Source: Bacteroidales bacterium Bact_19 (GTDB taxonomy: Bacteria; Bacteroidota; Bacteroidia; Bacteroidales; ML635J-15). Taken from it: 64,000 nucleotides of DNA. The notes below the pieces were generated by a model. That model was not told where the DNA came from. It ran no database searches and saw nothing but the letters and a program-made list of their open reading frames with translations. The position numbers and the translations under genes are program-made. This document shows positions 18,811 through 29,588 of this stretch, piece by piece (positions within the stretch are counted from its first letter, which is position 1; each line of letters begins with the position of its first letter). The DNA is taken from the NCBI GenBank assembly GCA_001603595.1, contig LUZK01000034.1:4760-68759 (forward strand). Reading direction: 5' to 3'.

Positions 18811-19386
18811 TTATTGCTTAATACTAAAAGGTCCTTTGAGTGAAACTCTCCCAATCATTTCCGAATCAGGATTATCAACATTTAAATCAAAATTACCACA
18901 TATATTTTTTTCATCAATATAATCTATTGTAACACCTCCTTGCTTTGGCATACCAACAGACCAATTAAACCAAACAACTCCGTATATAGTGCTTATTGTT
19001 ACCCTACTCCATAGACCATTCTCATATTCGTGATACAAATACTCCCCTTTTTGAATTTTCATACCCTTACGTGCATATAATTCTACATTTATCTGGACAT
19101 CGCTTTCTTCCAATTCTTTTTTCTCTTCAGGAGAATAATTAAACAAATGAAGAGTAACTGTTGAGTCATTTTCAAATTCATATTCGAAATATTTCACATT
19201 AAAATCTGAAATATCCAGCTTCAACGTATCTTTCATTCCATAAAAATAATCACTGATGTGCAAGGAAAACTTGTTCTGAAAATCGCAAATACTTTGTTTC
19301 TCTTCTTCTTTAGATTTCTGTTTGCAGGAAAAAACCATCACAAATGAAATTAAAATTAAACTCGTTAAAAAAAGTTTTTGTTTCAT
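18811..19386 (-). CDS. Hypothetical lipoprotein (191 aa)
   Basis: Signal peptide with lipobox-like VMVFSC. No recognisable family. Confidence 0.5.
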   Translation of the reverse strand: MKQKLFLTSLILISFVMVFSCKQKSKEEEKQSICDFQNKFSLHISDYFYGMKDTLKLDISDFNVKYFEYEFENDSTVTLHLFNYSPEEKKELEESDVQINVELYARKGMKIQKGEYLYHEYENGLWSRVTISTIYGVVWFNWSVGMPKQGGVTIDYIDEKNICGNFDLNVDNPDSEMIGRVSLKGPFSIKQ

Positions 19387-19422
19387 GGCAATTAGTTTTG
19401 GTTAAACATCATTTTATTTTAT

Positions 19423-22254
19423 TTATTTGTTACAAATATTTTTAAAAATACAAAATTTACAATTATTCTCGTTTTCTGTTTGAATTATTTCAAGATTAAC
19501 ATCAAGCATTTCTCGAACAATATTTTCTAAACATTTAATCAATTCAGTTTGCATCTCCATTGTAAAATCATTTACAGTATCCTTACCTTTTACAAAAAGT
19601 AATTCTTCAACTTCTCTCACATTGTTTATCTTCTTTAATTCATAAATACATGGAGTTACTGTTTTTTCTGGGTTCTTGTTCTTATATAATATCGAATAAA
19701 TCATCAACTGTGTTGCTATACCGGCTTTATAGCTTCTATTAACTTCGAACAAAGACAAAATTGAAGAAAATTTGTTATCAGCATCACCGGTTTTATAATC
19801 TATAATACGTACAACATTATTGTAAAAATCAATCCTGTCAATTTTTCCTTTGATGTTTAATTCAAAATCGTTTGTAAGTTTAAATTTCCATGATAATTCT
19901 TCTTCTATGCTTAAAAGTACAAAAGGAGTGTGATTACTGTCAAATTCAAGTAAATTTTTCACATATCTTGCAACTACTTCAACGAGAAGAATATTTTTAA
20001 ATGACTCAACAAAATCAATTTCCTGAAGTTTATAATATTCTATTATTTGTTCTTTAATTATTGATTTTATAAGTTCTGTAGATTTTATTAATGCTTCCAA
20101 ATCATTTTTATTTACTAACTTTTCTTTAAAAGGTTCATAAAGAGTTTTCATTACTTGATGGAAAATAGAACCGAAATCATTGGGTTCTATGCTCTCGATT
20201 GTTGTTTTTGGTTCCTTTATTCCAAGAATATAGCTAAAATAATGTTTTAATCTGCAATCAAGATAGGTGTTAATTTCTGATGGACTTATACCGCTTGTTA
20301 ATTTGCTCCTGTATTTTTCAATTATATTTTCATCTTTTTTTACGACAACCCTTCCCGAAGAGTTTATGTTAATTCTAAATCCAAGATTTGTAAACTTTAT
20401 TTTAGATTCTTTTTCTGTAAAAACTTCATACTTCAATTGCGATATAAACCTCGACGGTTCTGTGGCATTGTCTCCTGCAAATGAAGAATATAAAACTTTA
20501 ACTTCTTTTGCTCTTTGCAGCAAGCGATAGAAATAATAGGCATATATACTATCCTGAAATTCAATCACAGGCATTTCGTATGCCTTGCGAAGATTATAAG
20601 GAATAATACTTTGAGCCGATCCAGTTTTGGGAAACACTCCTTCATTAACTGAAAGCATGATTATTCTGTCGAAATCAATGCAACGGGTCTCAATAAATCC
20701 CATTACCTGCACACCTTCAATAGGTTGCCCTTCAAATGCTATAGTTTGGTTTCTTAAATATGATAACAGTAATTTAAAGTATTCTCGTTTGTCGGTAAAA
20801 ATGTCCTCAAATTCTTTTAATAATGAAAAAAATAAATTCAATGTACTTTGAATTTTGAAAATAAATTGCAGTTCTATTTCAGAATCTGGAATTTCAAAAA
20901 ATTTATCAAAAATAAAATTTATAACCTCAAGCAACCATTTGTTGATTTGTGGTACTTTATCCGGCAAGTTCGTAAAAATTAAACTTGTAAATTCATCAAA
21001 AAACAACGATTCACTTTCGACATAAATTTGATTGTTGGTTATTATGTTTTGCTTTATTTTTTCAGTTTCGCTCACACATAATTTCTTAATATATGGATGA
21101 TTTAGAATATTTATAACTTTGGTACCGTAAAAATAATTTTTACTCTGCCTGTTTTTAACAGTAAGGCGTAAATCCAGCAAATAAGACAAAAATGTGAAAG
21201 CAGAGGTCATTCGCAGCGGATAACCCATTGAGATATTATAAGAATCAATATCTGATGGAATTGCTGACATCAATGGTATTAATAAACTCTCATCAGCAAG
21301 AATAATAGCAGTTTTTTCAGGGATGAAATCTTCTTTTTTTCTCCATTCGTTTAAAATTAACCCTGCCTGGTTTACCAAACTTACCGAAGATGGCATTCCA
21401 ATAACTTCTACCTCAAACTCGGGATTGCTAATTGTATCGGTAATTCCTATTTTGCTGCTTTGCTCACTAAAATTATAAATATATTTTTTTAAAAACATTC
21501 CTGCCTCGTGATTTTGAACTTTAGACAGGTAATATTTATCCGCATCCCAATAAAATACAAGTTTAGTCCCAATAAATTTGAATAATTCAATTTCACATTT
21601 ATTTAAAGCATTAAATCCAATGGCAAGATAATTACTTTTAGGAAAATGCTCGTCTGCCATTTTATTAATTGCTACTTTATATGCCAGACCTTGATATGCT
21701 ATTCCCTCCGATAAAAGTTCTTCGTTAAAATGAACGTATAAGTTATAAAGTATACTCCATAAATCAAGAAACTTTTGTTTCAAATCACTATCATCAGCTT
21801 CTAAAATATGCTTCCAAAAACGTTGTAAAATTTCTTTCTCTTCGGGACTGATAAAATTAAATTTTTTATCAATTTCGGAAATATCTCTAATATTTGAAAA
21901 AAGTTTTTCAGCATCCACAAGATATTTTTCAATATCATCAAAATCATTAAGAATGGTTTGCCCCCATGATTGAAATTCTTCAAATGTCACATTTGTTTCA
22001 TTAATATCATTATAAACCTTATAAAGTTTTATCAATAAATATAAATCATCAGGAATATATAATCCTGAGAAATCTTCAAACAAACTGCTTATTGTTCTAA
22101 TGTTGGGGGCTATACTTACAGAAGATACTTTGTTTTTTAAATATTCATTAATATATAATACAAGCCTGTTATTTGGAACTATTATTTCCAAATCTCTAAA
22201 ATCCTGATGTTTTTTGATAATTTCATCCGTTACCGTATCAAGAAATGATTTCAT
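19423..22254 (-). CDS. PD-(D/E)XK nuclease superfamily protein, AddB-like, with a C-terminal Fe-S cluster (943 aa)
   Basis: Nuclease motif GKIDRID...RIIDYKTG. Cys pattern C...CKFCIFKNIC (C-x2-C-x5-C) as in AddB/Cas4-type nuclease domains. Confidence 0.7.
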   Translation of the reverse strand: MKSFLDTVTDEIIKKHQDFRDLEIIVPNNRLVLYINEYLKNKVSSVSIAPNIRTISSLFEDFSGLYIPDDLYLLIKLYKVYNDINETNVTFEEFQSWGQTILNDFDDIEKYLVDAEKLFSNIRDISEIDKKFNFISPEEKEILQRFWKHILEADDSDLKQKFLDLWSILYNLYVHFNEELLSEGIAYQGLAYKVAINKMADEHFPKSNYLAIGFNALNKCEIELFKFIGTKLVFYWDADKYYLSKVQNHEAGMFLKKYIYNFSEQSSKIGITDTISNPEFEVEVIGMPSSVSLVNQAGLILNEWRKKEDFIPEKTAIILADESLLIPLMSAIPSDIDSYNISMGYPLRMTSAFTFLSYLLDLRLTVKNRQSKNYFYGTKVINILNHPYIKKLCVSETEKIKQNIITNNQIYVESESLFFDEFTSLIFTNLPDKVPQINKWLLEVINFIFDKFFEIPDSEIELQFIFKIQSTLNLFFSLLKEFEDIFTDKREYFKLLLSYLRNQTIAFEGQPIEGVQVMGFIETRCIDFDRIIMLSVNEGVFPKTGSAQSIIPYNLRKAYEMPVIEFQDSIYAYYFYRLLQRAKEVKVLYSSFAGDNATEPSRFISQLKYEVFTEKESKIKFTNLGFRININSSGRVVVKKDENIIEKYRSKLTSGISPSEINTYLDCRLKHYFSYILGIKEPKTTIESIEPNDFGSIFHQVMKTLYEPFKEKLVNKNDLEALIKSTELIKSIIKEQIIEYYKLQEIDFVESFKNILLVEVVARYVKNLLEFDSNHTPFVLLSIEEELSWKFKLTNDFELNIKGKIDRIDFYNNVVRIIDYKTGDADNKFSSILSLFEVNRSYKAGIATQLMIYSILYKNKNPEKTVTPCIYELKKINNVREVEELLFVKGKDTVNDFTMEMQTELIKCLENIVREMLDVNLEIIQTENENNCKFCIFKNICNK

Positions 22255-23228
22255 AAAATTGATTTTTGAATTAAGAATAAATCTGCCAGAGCAATTGCAA
22301 CAGCGTTTTCAACGATTACAGGTGCACGTAAAACATAACAAGCATCATGACGTCCGATAATTTCAAAATCAGAAATTTCGTTTGAAATAAAATTATAAGT
22401 AGTCTGTTTTTTTAGTATGCTTGATGCCGGTTTAAACCACACTCTTAAAACAATTTCATTCCCATTAGTAATTCCTCCGTTAATTCCCCCGGCATTGTTG
22501 GTTTTTGTTTTTCCATTTTTATCAACAAAAACATCATTAAATTCAGAGCCTCTGGCATAAGCAGATTTTAATCCCTCGCCAAATTCAATAGCTTTTGCTC
22601 CGGGAATACTGAAAATTATATGTGAAATCACAGATTCAACAGAATCAAAAAAAGGTTCACCTAATCCTATCGGGACATTGTTAATTCTACATTCAATAAC
22701 ACCACCAATAGAGTCTCCTTCGGATTGAATTTTTTCTATTAAAACTTCATATTCTGTTGTTCCTCCTGCAAGAAGAATTTTCGAACTAAACTTGATTTCC
22801 GGGATAATTTTCTTTGCAACAATTCCAGCAGCAACAATACCAAGAGTTAGACGTCCCGAGAAATGTCCACTGCCTAAGGGATTGTTAAATCCTTTGAATT
22901 TTTTTGACGCAACAAAATCAGCCTGACCGGGACGATGAAATCCATTAAAATTGTAATCCGTAGATTTTATGTTTTTGTTTTCAAAAATAATAAGTATCGG
23001 AGAACCGGTTGTCTTATCATTGTACACTCCCGATTTTATTAAAGGAACATCATCCTCAATACGAAAGCTTGTGCCTTTTGCTCCGGGTTTGCGTCTGTTT
23101 AGGTCCGGGATAAAATCTTCAACTTTAATATCTATTCCGGGAGGGCATCCGTCTATTAAGGCACCTATTACTTTTCCGTGTGATTCTCCAAATATTTCAA
23201 CTTTAAAAAGTCTACCAAAACTGTTCAT
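22251..23228 (-). CDS. aroC: Chorismate synthase
   Basis: MNSFGRLFKVEIFGESHG..., GRHDACY. The ATG at 23228 is preferred over the TTG at 23237. The stop overlaps the downstream AddB-like start by 4 nt. Confidence 0.9.
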   Translation of the reverse strand: MNSFGRLFKVEIFGESHGKVIGALIDGCPPGIDIKVEDFIPDLNRRKPGAKGTSFRIEDDVPLIKSGVYNDKTTGSPILIIFENKNIKSTDYNFNGFHRPGQADFVASKKFKGFNNPLGSGHFSGRLTLGIVAAGIVAKKIIPEIKFSSKILLAGGTTEYEVLIEKIQSEGDSIGGVIECRINNVPIGLGEPFFDSVESVISHIIFSIPGAKAIEFGEGLKSAYARGSEFNDVFVDKNGKTKTNNAGGINGGITNGNEIVLRVWFKPASSILKKQTTYNFISNEISDFEIIGRHDACYVLRAPVIVENAVAIALADLFLIQKSIL

Positions 23229-23441
23229 TAAATACAATATTTTTATAAAATCAAATTTAGAAAAGATTTCTCAAAACTCAAATTATTGTTTTTATCAAAA
23301 AGTTTGGCCGGATTGTACTAAAGACCATTATTTTATCTCTAATTTTATAAAAAAATATTATGAGCGGAGTAAAAAAGATGTTCGTAAATTAGTAAACAGA
23401 TACAAACAAATCAAATATAAATTCCATTTATAAAGCAATTG

Positions 23442-24902
23442 TTAAAAATTATTACGCATCATTTTGCTTTTCTTGGCACTATTCCACAAAAAATAAACAA
23501 TAAGAGCAAATATAACTCCCGCTACAAAGGGCCATGTCCCAGTTAATGCTAATCCTGCATTTTTACGTGGAGCAACAAGTATATAAGTAAAACAAATTGT
23601 CGTAAGTATTAAAGCAGGAATTGTTGTGATTAAATGATTTTTTTTGTTAACACTAAGATACATTGAAATAGTCCATAAAGTTATCACAGCCAAAATCTGA
23701 TTTGAAATCCCTACAAATTTCCAGATAGTAGCAAATTGAGAGGTTAATCCGAAAGTCAAAACTACAGCAACAAGAAATATTGGTAATGCGATGAATAATC
23801 TTTGCTTAATTGGTTTTTGATCAATTTTAATGGCATCGGCAATTATAAGTCTGGCAGATCTGAAGGCTGTATCTCCGGATGTTATTGGACAGACCACAAC
23901 GCCAATAATTGCGATTATTGCACCGATTTTACCAAGCCAGGTTCTACTTATTTCGTTTACAATCCAAGCAGGATCGTGTGCAGGATTTGATAATTCATAA
24001 TTTAATCCGTGAACATCACCAAAATAATTCATAGCCGCAGTAGCCCAAATAATGGCAACAATTCCTTCTGCAATCATAGCTCCATAAAAAGCAAATCTTG
24101 TTTGCTTTTCATTTGTTAAACATCTGGCCATAAGAGGAGATTGTGTGGCATGAAATCCTGATATCGCACCACAACTAATAACAATAAACATCATTGGGTA
24201 TAACATATTTGTTTCAGGATTTCGATGGTAATTTTTAAAATCTTCTAAACTAATTTCATGCAAGTTCAAACTTCCGGAAAAACTATAAAATATAATTGCA
24301 CCACCGATCAAAATAGCCATAAGCAAAAGTGTGACACCAAAAAACGGATATATTCTTCCAATAATTTTATCAATTGGAAAAATAGTTGCAAAAAAGTAAT
24401 ATGCAAAAATTGCTACAAGCCAAAACTCCAACCCTCCTGAAGTAATTCCGGTTAAAAGTTTTGCAGGCCCACTGACAAAAGCTACTCCAACAAAAATCAA
24501 CAATAAAAATGTAAAGATCCTCATGAAATTACGCGGATATTTTCCAAGATACTTACCAACAAGTTCGGGAAGACTTTGACCATTATTCCTGAGAGAAATA
24601 AATCCTGAGAAGAAATCATGAACGGCTCCAAAGAATATGCATCCCAATACAATCCATAAATAAGCCATCGGACCGAATGCAGCTCCAAGTATAGCTCCGA
24701 AAATAGGACCTAAACCGGCGATATTCAAAAACTGAATCATAAATACCTTCCATACCGGCAAAGGTGTAAAATCTACTCCATCATTAATTGCTACTGCCGG
24801 AGTTTTCCGATTTGAATCTACTCCTGATAATCTTGTTATAAATCTCCCGTAAAAAACATATCCTAAAATCAAAATTGTAATTGAAAGCAAAAAAGTTATC
24901 AT
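23442..24902 (-). CDS. cstA: Carbon starvation protein A (CstA family transporter)
   Basis: Polytopic membrane protein with the CstA-type block FMIQFLNIAGLGPIFGAILGAAFGP. Confidence 0.9.
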   Translation of the reverse strand: MITFLLSITILILGYVFYGRFITRLSGVDSNRKTPAVAINDGVDFTPLPVWKVFMIQFLNIAGLGPIFGAILGAAFGPMAYLWIVLGCIFFGAVHDFFSGFISLRNNGQSLPELVGKYLGKYPRNFMRIFTFLLLIFVGVAFVSGPAKLLTGITSGGLEFWLVAIFAYYFFATIFPIDKIIGRIYPFFGVTLLLMAILIGGAIIFYSFSGSLNLHEISLEDFKNYHRNPETNMLYPMMFIVISCGAISGFHATQSPLMARCLTNEKQTRFAFYGAMIAEGIVAIIWATAAMNYFGDVHGLNYELSNPAHDPAWIVNEISRTWLGKIGAIIAIIGVVVCPITSGDTAFRSARLIIADAIKIDQKPIKQRLFIALPIFLVAVVLTFGLTSQFATIWKFVGISNQILAVITLWTISMYLSVNKKNHLITTIPALILTTICFTYILVAPRKNAGLALTGTWPFVAGVIFALIVYFLWNSAKKSKMMRNNF

Positions 24903-24912
24903 TTTTCAGATT

Positions 24913-26436
24913 TTAATTAAATTTCCAGATAAAAATATCATCTTTTGTTTTGGGACGATAATCTTCTAACCATCGAAATCCTCGCAGAAATAATTGTTCG
25001 TTTTTAAGCTGTTCAATAGGGATGGTTTCTCCTTTTGGATTTTCATAAAACCATATCATTTTTAGCTTATTATCTTCAAAAGCAACTTTCATGTTGCTAC
25101 TAACAATTTTATTATATGCAGAAATTTCATCAGTATCTTCATCAACGACATAATAAATTGTCTGACAATCATTTTTTAAATCTATGGTTTCAATCTCATT
25201 ATCATTAAGAGTGCCAAACATTGTTCGTGAAAGTACTTGATTGAATTTAGAAGTATCTTGTTCAACCTGCATTACAGCAAAAGAATTACCATCAACAAAA
25301 AACCAATCGGCTTTTTTTTCTTTAAAATGCACATGTATAAAATCGCCCGTAAGTTGAGAATTTTTTCCCCACAATACAGGATTAAAAAACAATCTTAAGA
25401 TCGAATCCTGAGAATTAAAATACAGAGAATCACAAGCAAGCTGAAAATCTGATTTGTATGCCTGAACTTTATAAAATGCTTTAATATGCCGAAAATCAGA
25501 GGTGTCAACATATATATAAACTGTATCGGAATGAAGATAAACCACATCATCATCAAAATAATATTCAATTAATGCTTTTTCGGTGAGCATAGCTTTTTGA
25601 GGATTTTCGTAAAAATATCCGTAATCTCCATAAGCTTTAATATTTTCTAATGTGTCAATGATTGAAACATTATTGAAAGCTTCGCCGAATTTAATCCTTC
25701 GAGAATAAAACAAACTGTCGCCTTTTAAAAAATTACTCCCAGAACGCAACCATGCGTTTTCGGAAAATCCGGCTTCGTCTGTTCTTGTATTGTAAAATCC
25801 GTTTTCGCAGTATATAAAATTAGAATCCGAAACAATATTTGTAGGTCCATAAAAATAAGAAATAGCTGTTTCAGTATTATACCTTAAAGTGTCGGAAAAC
25901 ATTGTATATTGTGGATTTACAAGCACAACAGAATCAACTGCATAATAGTCTCTGAATCTTGTGTAATAATAACCACGTTTACTTCTTAACTTATTTTCAC
26001 CATCGTAAATTCTGCCTTTAAAATAGTAATATGCCATGTCGAGATTACGATCATAATCCAGAGAATCGGTAATAAGAAAAGACTTATTATGCATAAAAAT
26101 AACAGAATCTCGCATCTTTGCAATTCTGGTGTCTCCGTTATATTCAAGATATTTACCAATCAGCAGAATGCTGTCGCCTTGTTTAATTCTGATATTATCA
26201 AAAGCTTTGATTGTATTTGTTTCAAAATAGAAATATGCAGAATCACAAAACATGTAAAAATCTTCGTGCCGAAACACTACTTTACCAAGAAGCCTGTTCA
26301 CATTTTCGCCAATGCTTTTATCATATTCTAACGAATTAGCATGAAGTATCTCTACTTTTCTTGTTTGCTGGGCGAAAGTAGTTAGCTGAATAAAAAAAGT
26401 ACAGATTAAAAAATATTTAAAAAAATCAATTTTCAT
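24913..26436 (-). CDS. Secreted OstA/LptA-like beta-jellyroll repeat protein (507 aa)
   Basis: Signal peptide. Repeated LxGxVxxxxxxxxxxxDSAxY-type OstA-like segments. The start overlaps the moxR stop (TAATG). Confidence 0.5.
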   Translation of the reverse strand: MKIDFFKYFLICTFFIQLTTFAQQTRKVEILHANSLEYDKSIGENVNRLLGKVVFRHEDFYMFCDSAYFYFETNTIKAFDNIRIKQGDSILLIGKYLEYNGDTRIAKMRDSVIFMHNKSFLITDSLDYDRNLDMAYYYFKGRIYDGENKLRSKRGYYYTRFRDYYAVDSVVLVNPQYTMFSDTLRYNTETAISYFYGPTNIVSDSNFIYCENGFYNTRTDEAGFSENAWLRSGSNFLKGDSLFYSRRIKFGEAFNNVSIIDTLENIKAYGDYGYFYENPQKAMLTEKALIEYYFDDDVVYLHSDTVYIYVDTSDFRHIKAFYKVQAYKSDFQLACDSLYFNSQDSILRLFFNPVLWGKNSQLTGDFIHVHFKEKKADWFFVDGNSFAVMQVEQDTSKFNQVLSRTMFGTLNDNEIETIDLKNDCQTIYYVVDEDTDEISAYNKIVSSNMKVAFEDNKLKMIWFYENPKGETIPIEQLKNEQLFLRGFRWLEDYRPKTKDDIFIWKFN

Positions 26437-27407
26437 TATGAGTTCAAAAGAACATCAACAATTTGGTCAACACTTATTCCGTCGGCTTCGGCCTTGTAGT
26501 TTTTTATAATACGATGCCTGAGAATAATTTTTGCAACTGCCCTTACGTCTTCGATATCAGGAGTGTATTTACCGGACAAAACCGCATTTGTCTTTGCTCC
26601 TATAACCAAATATTGAGAAGCTCTGGGACCGGCACCCCAATGTAAATATTTCTTAGTTATTTCGGGAGCAAATTCCGATCCGGGACGAGTTTTATTAACC
26701 AACTTTACAGCATATTCCAAAACATTATCATTTATAGGAACTTTTCGTATCAATGATTGAAAATAAATTATTTCCTCGGCTGATAATACCTGTTTTAAGT
26801 CAAATTCTTTGTCAATTGTTGTATTTTTTACAACTGTTAATTCATCCTGATATGAAGGATAATCAACAATTATATTAAACATAAAACGGTCGAGCTGTGC
26901 TTCCGGCAAGGGATATGTACCTTCCTGTTCGATGGGATTTTGAGTAGCCATAACGAAGAAAGGTTCTTCCAATTTATATTCTTTCCCGGCAGCCGTTACC
27001 GATCTTTCCTGCATAGCTTCGAGAAGTGCAGCCTGCGTTTTAGGCGGGGTACGGTTTATCTCGTCAGCAAGGATAAAGTTTGCAAAAATAGGTCCTTTAA
27101 CAAACTTAAAGTGACGATCTTCACCCAAAATTTCTGTCCCTATGATATCTGATGGCATTAAATCAGGAGTGAACTGTATTCTTTTGTTTTTTAGTCCCAA
27201 AACTTCGGACAAAGTGTTTACAAGCATTGTTTTTGCAAGACCAGGAACACCAATTAACAAACAATGCCCCCTACTGAAAATTGAGATTAAAACCTCTCGC
27301 ACTACTTGATCTTGTCCATAAATCTTTTTTGAAACTTCGGCGTGTAAAGCTTTATATTTTTCCCTCAAAGCATCAACGGCTTCAACATTATCCTTGTATT
27401 GTACCAT
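26436..27407 (-). CDS. moxR: MoxR-family AAA+ ATPase
   Basis: Walker A GVPGLAKT, Walker B ILADEINR, and the typical MoxR block RTPPKTQAALLEAMQE. Confidence 0.9.
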   Translation of the reverse strand: MVQYKDNVEAVDALREKYKALHAEVSKKIYGQDQVVREVLISIFSRGHCLLIGVPGLAKTMLVNTLSEVLGLKNKRIQFTPDLMPSDIIGTEILGEDRHFKFVKGPIFANFILADEINRTPPKTQAALLEAMQERSVTAAGKEYKLEEPFFVMATQNPIEQEGTYPLPEAQLDRFMFNIIVDYPSYQDELTVVKNTTIDKEFDLKQVLSAEEIIYFQSLIRKVPINDNVLEYAVKLVNKTRPGSEFAPEITKKYLHWGAGPRASQYLVIGAKTNAVLSGKYTPDIEDVRAVAKIILRHRIIKNYKAEADGISVDQIVDVLLNS

Positions 27408-27486
27408 TTCGTTAAATTTTAAATTGCAAATTTAATTTATTAAATAAAATATTTCCATATAAAAATCATTCTTTTTAGCTTTTGTT

Positions 27487-27494
27487 TATTTTTG
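27487..27494 (+). promoter_or_regulatory. Candidate -7 promoter box (TAnnTTTG)
   Basis: tatttttg lies 16 nt upstream of the ATG at 27511. Confidence 0.4.
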
Positions 27495-27510
27495 TAAAAA
27501 AAATTGCTTT

Positions 27511-27972
27511 ATGATACAAAGAATTCAAACAGTATTTTTATTATTAGCCCTCGCCGCAACATTAAGTTTTTTCTTTTTCCCTTTTGGTTACATTATTACT
27601 AAAGATGCCTCACAAATTGAAGTTTACACTACAGGCATGCAATTTAACGGAGAAAAAATTCATTCAGATTATTCGCTTCTTCCATTATTCATTATGATAA
27701 TAATCATAAACCTTGTTACTTTTATTTCTATTTTTCTGTACAAACGCCGAATGCTGCAAATTCGTTTAAATATTTTTAATTTGATATTGCAACTTGGTTC
27801 CATTGGAGTTAGTTTTTATTTTTTAACAAATGCAGCCGGCAAATTCGGAACTGATTATTCGACAAGTATTTTAATTATTTTACCTGCTGTAGCATTTATT
27901 TTTACATTTCTGGCAATACGTGCCATTGCTCGTGACGAAGCTCTTGTTCAATCTTTAAATCGTTTGAGGTGA
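27511..27972 (+). CDS. DUF4293-like small membrane protein
   Basis: MIQRIQTVFLLLA N-terminus and four TM helices, typical of this Bacteroidota family. Confidence 0.6.
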   Translation: MIQRIQTVFLLLALAATLSFFFFPFGYIITKDASQIEVYTTGMQFNGEKIHSDYSLLPLFIMIIIINLVTFISIFLYKRRMLQIRLNIFNLILQLGSIGVSFYFLTNAAGKFGTDYSTSILIILPAVAFIFTFLAIRAIARDEALVQSLNRLR

Positions 27973-28022
27973 AATATTAAAATCTGATAAGTATTAAAAT
28001 TTTTTGTGATATAAAACTAAAA

Positions 28023-29399
28023 TTATTCTTCAGATGTTTCAGTGTCAGGTTCTTCTTCATTATTTGAGGTAAGAGCTGTTCTATCAAAAAACCCAACATT
28101 AGCTATTGACTTTCCGGCTTTAGCTCCAAGTTTCTTGAGATTTTCCAATTGGCTTAAAATATTTCCCTTACCTTCGGACAATTTACTTTTAGCTTCTTTG
28201 AAAGATTTTTGAGCATTATCAATAGCTCCTTCTAGTTTTCTCATGTCATCAATAAATCCTATAAATTTATCGTAAACCTTCCCTCCCACTTCAGCTATTT
28301 TAAGTGCATTCTGAACCTGTTTAGTTTGCTTCCATATTGAAGCTACTGTCATTAGAGTTGCAATTAAAGTTGAAGGACTTACAATCACAATTTGATTTTC
28401 CCAGGCCTCGTTAAAAATGTTTTTATCATTGATTACAGCAAGCGAAAAAGCTCCTTCTATTGGCATAAACATCAACAAATAGTCCGGAGTTTTGCCGTTT
28501 ATTTGTCCAATGTAATTTTTGTTTGATAATTCTTTTACATGTTTTTTCACGGATTCAATATGAGCTTTCAAGGCATCTTTTTTTTCGGATTCATATTCCG
28601 ACGATAAATATCTTTCGTATGCTTTTAAAGAAACTTTAGAATCTATTATTATAAGCTTATCCTCAGGTAATTTTACGATAGCATCCGGACGGTAATTTTT
28701 TGATTCTTCGCCTTTAAAAGTTTCCTGTACAGTATAATGCTCCCCTTTTATTAATCCGGATGACTCTAAAATTCTTTCTAGTAGCATTTCGCCCCAGCGT
28801 CCCTGTTTTTGTGAATCTGCTTTAAGAGCATTAACAAGATTGTTGGCTTCAATCTGTAACTTACGACTAAGCTCTTGCATGTTTTTAAGTTCTGCTCCAA
28901 GTTCGGTTCTCTCTTTTAATCCTTTTTCGTAAGTTTCGTAAACAATCTTTCTAAACTCTTTCAGGTTTTCGTTGAAGGGATTTAATATATTATCAAGTTG
29001 ATTTTTACTTAACTCGTTAAAAGTTTTTGTTTTTTCTTCAAAAATCTTGTTGGCTAGATTTTCAAATTCTGTGGCTAATTTTTTCTGTAATTCAAAAATT
29101 TCGGACTTTTGAGTTTCAATTTTTTCAATCATGGATTTTTTTTCTGCTTCCAAACCCGAATTTGAAGAAATCAAAGTCTTATTTTCATTATTTATTCGTT
29201 GGTTTTCTTCCTTTAATTCCTTATATAAAATTTCTAACTCGTTTTTTTGAACAATCAATTTTTCTTTTTCTAGATTTAAGATGTTGTACATTGACTCAAG
29301 TTCAGAATATTTGTTGGAGTTCTTAATTTTTTCTCTTAAAAACAAATAAGATAGTAAAGCACCAACCGAAATACCAAGTATTAAATATAAAATTTCCAT
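28023..29399 (-). CDS. rmuC: DNA recombination protein RmuC
   Basis: N-terminal TM helix, long coiled coil, and a RmuC nuclease-like core RPDAIVKLPEDKLIIIDSKVSLKAYERY. Confidence 0.85.
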   Translation of the reverse strand: MEILYLILGISVGALLSYLFLREKIKNSNKYSELESMYNILNLEKEKLIVQKNELEILYKELKEENQRINNENKTLISSNSGLEAEKKSMIEKIETQKSEIFELQKKLATEFENLANKIFEEKTKTFNELSKNQLDNILNPFNENLKEFRKIVYETYEKGLKERTELGAELKNMQELSRKLQIEANNLVNALKADSQKQGRWGEMLLERILESSGLIKGEHYTVQETFKGEESKNYRPDAIVKLPEDKLIIIDSKVSLKAYERYLSSEYESEKKDALKAHIESVKKHVKELSNKNYIGQINGKTPDYLLMFMPIEGAFSLAVINDKNIFNEAWENQIVIVSPSTLIATLMTVASIWKQTKQVQNALKIAEVGGKVYDKFIGFIDDMRKLEGAIDNAQKSFKEAKSKLSEGKGNILSQLENLKKLGAKAGKSIANVGFFDRTALTSNNEEEPDTETSEE

Positions 29400-29588
29400 T
29401 ATTATTATTTTTATTTCAAAGATATAAAATAAAAAAACTAATATTACAAGAAAAGTTAATAACTAATGATATTAAATTCTGTATTTGCTCACTAAAACAA
29501 AACAATTAATTTTAAATTTCACATAACATCTAAATGGATTGTAAACAATTGTTTAAAATTTTTGATTTGTATTGATATATTTATTTTG

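Noticed and set aside
22969-23433. 154-aa + strand ORF spanning the aroC 5' end and the upstream spacer
   Set aside because: It is antisense to aroC over half its length. The rest is AT-rich spacer, and there is no signal or motif.
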